A stretch of DNA of 64,000 nt from Fimbriosthenelais zetlandica (Eukaryota), in the NCBI GenBank assembly GCA_977030845.1, contig OZ365112.1, positions 25,730,001 to 25,794,000 on the forward strand, read 5' to 3'. The position numbers and the translations under genes were made by a program. Below the pieces are notes generated by a model. That model searched no databases. It was not told where the DNA came from and was given only the letters and a program-made list of their open reading frames with translations. Shown in pieces: positions 63,351 through 64,000 of the stretch (within the stretch, counting starts at the first letter, position 1; every line of letters begins with the position of its first letter).

Positions 63351-64000
63351 CGCGGGAGAAAGCGAGAAAGAGGAGAATCGTGTGGGCAGAGTGAATCTCA
63401 GTCTGCTACAGCAGATAGAGATATGATTAGGAATGAGCCCTGGGGAGTAATCGGTGTTAGCTGAGAGAGAACGGGGGAATATAATGGTTTTAATGTCATC
63501 ACAAGCAGCTCCTTCACATACTATCATCTCACCGTAATTAAAACAGACTCCAGAGATTGTTCTTTAAGAGGCTCTGATCGAAATGCAGATACTGCTATAG
63601 TGTCTGGAGCACAGTCCCTTCCTCCCTCCCCCACATCTCTCTCTATCTCCATCTGTGCTAAAAAACACTTATTGTTAGAAGGATGGTTGAAATCTCATAG
63701 AATTTCTTACTTTGGAAATCTATTTCACTACCCAACTGTTAGTCTACTGATAAAGACTTTGAGGACAGTCTATGTTGGCGAGTTTGGTTTAATACTTTAG
63801 CTTCAATGTTGTAGAATTCCAGTCCGGGCACAGGGAATTGAGCAATTTGCCTCTTATTCCACTGCTACTCAATTGGGGATGTCTTCACCGCGCTGGCCGG
63901 CTCCCACGATGATGATATGGGACCAATATTGATCTCCTTCTTATGAAAATACCGGTGTCAAATCCTGGCTCCCATGGGTCGAAGCCTGCTCAAAGCTGTG

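Noticed and set aside
1-64000. A novel multi-gene or defence-type system
   Set aside because: There are no gene-dense, codon-biased or operon-like regions and no intact enzyme ORFs. Nothing in the sequence supports such a claim.

Overview
The window is eukaryotic, animal-type non-coding DNA (intergenic or intronic). I found no intact protein-coding gene, rRNA, tRNA, CRISPR array or prokaryotic operon. Almost all ORFs in the track are chance, low-complexity or antisense-to-repeat ORFs. Manual translation shows the window is strewn on both strands with very degenerate fragments of non-LTR retrotransposon ORF2 (endonuclease, linker, reverse transcriptase and C-terminal motifs). Most resemble the L1/Tx1 clade of fish/amphibian type, and at least one is CR1/L2-like. 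These calls rest on motif recognition by eye, not on database searches. The clearest structural novelty is a young 1,185-bp foldback/MITE-like element (28417-29601). It has ~360-420-bp near-identical, CpG-rich inverted arms, A/T homopolymer tracts 24 bp inside each end, a ~400-bp unique spacer and a perfect 6-bp flanking direct repeat (TTTATG), which fits no common TIR superfamily neatly. Other points of interest are a putative LINE 5' end with tandem ~246-bp monomers ahead of an ORF1-like coiled coil, a TATA-Inr-first-exon candidate, an AG|GTATGT recursive-splice-type motif and a palindromic micro-array. Caveat: several LINE relics jump from motif to motif with intervening segments missing. 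This suggests either heavy deletion or that the sequence is model-generated or chimeric, so provenance should be checked first. I cannot support a new multi-gene system here.
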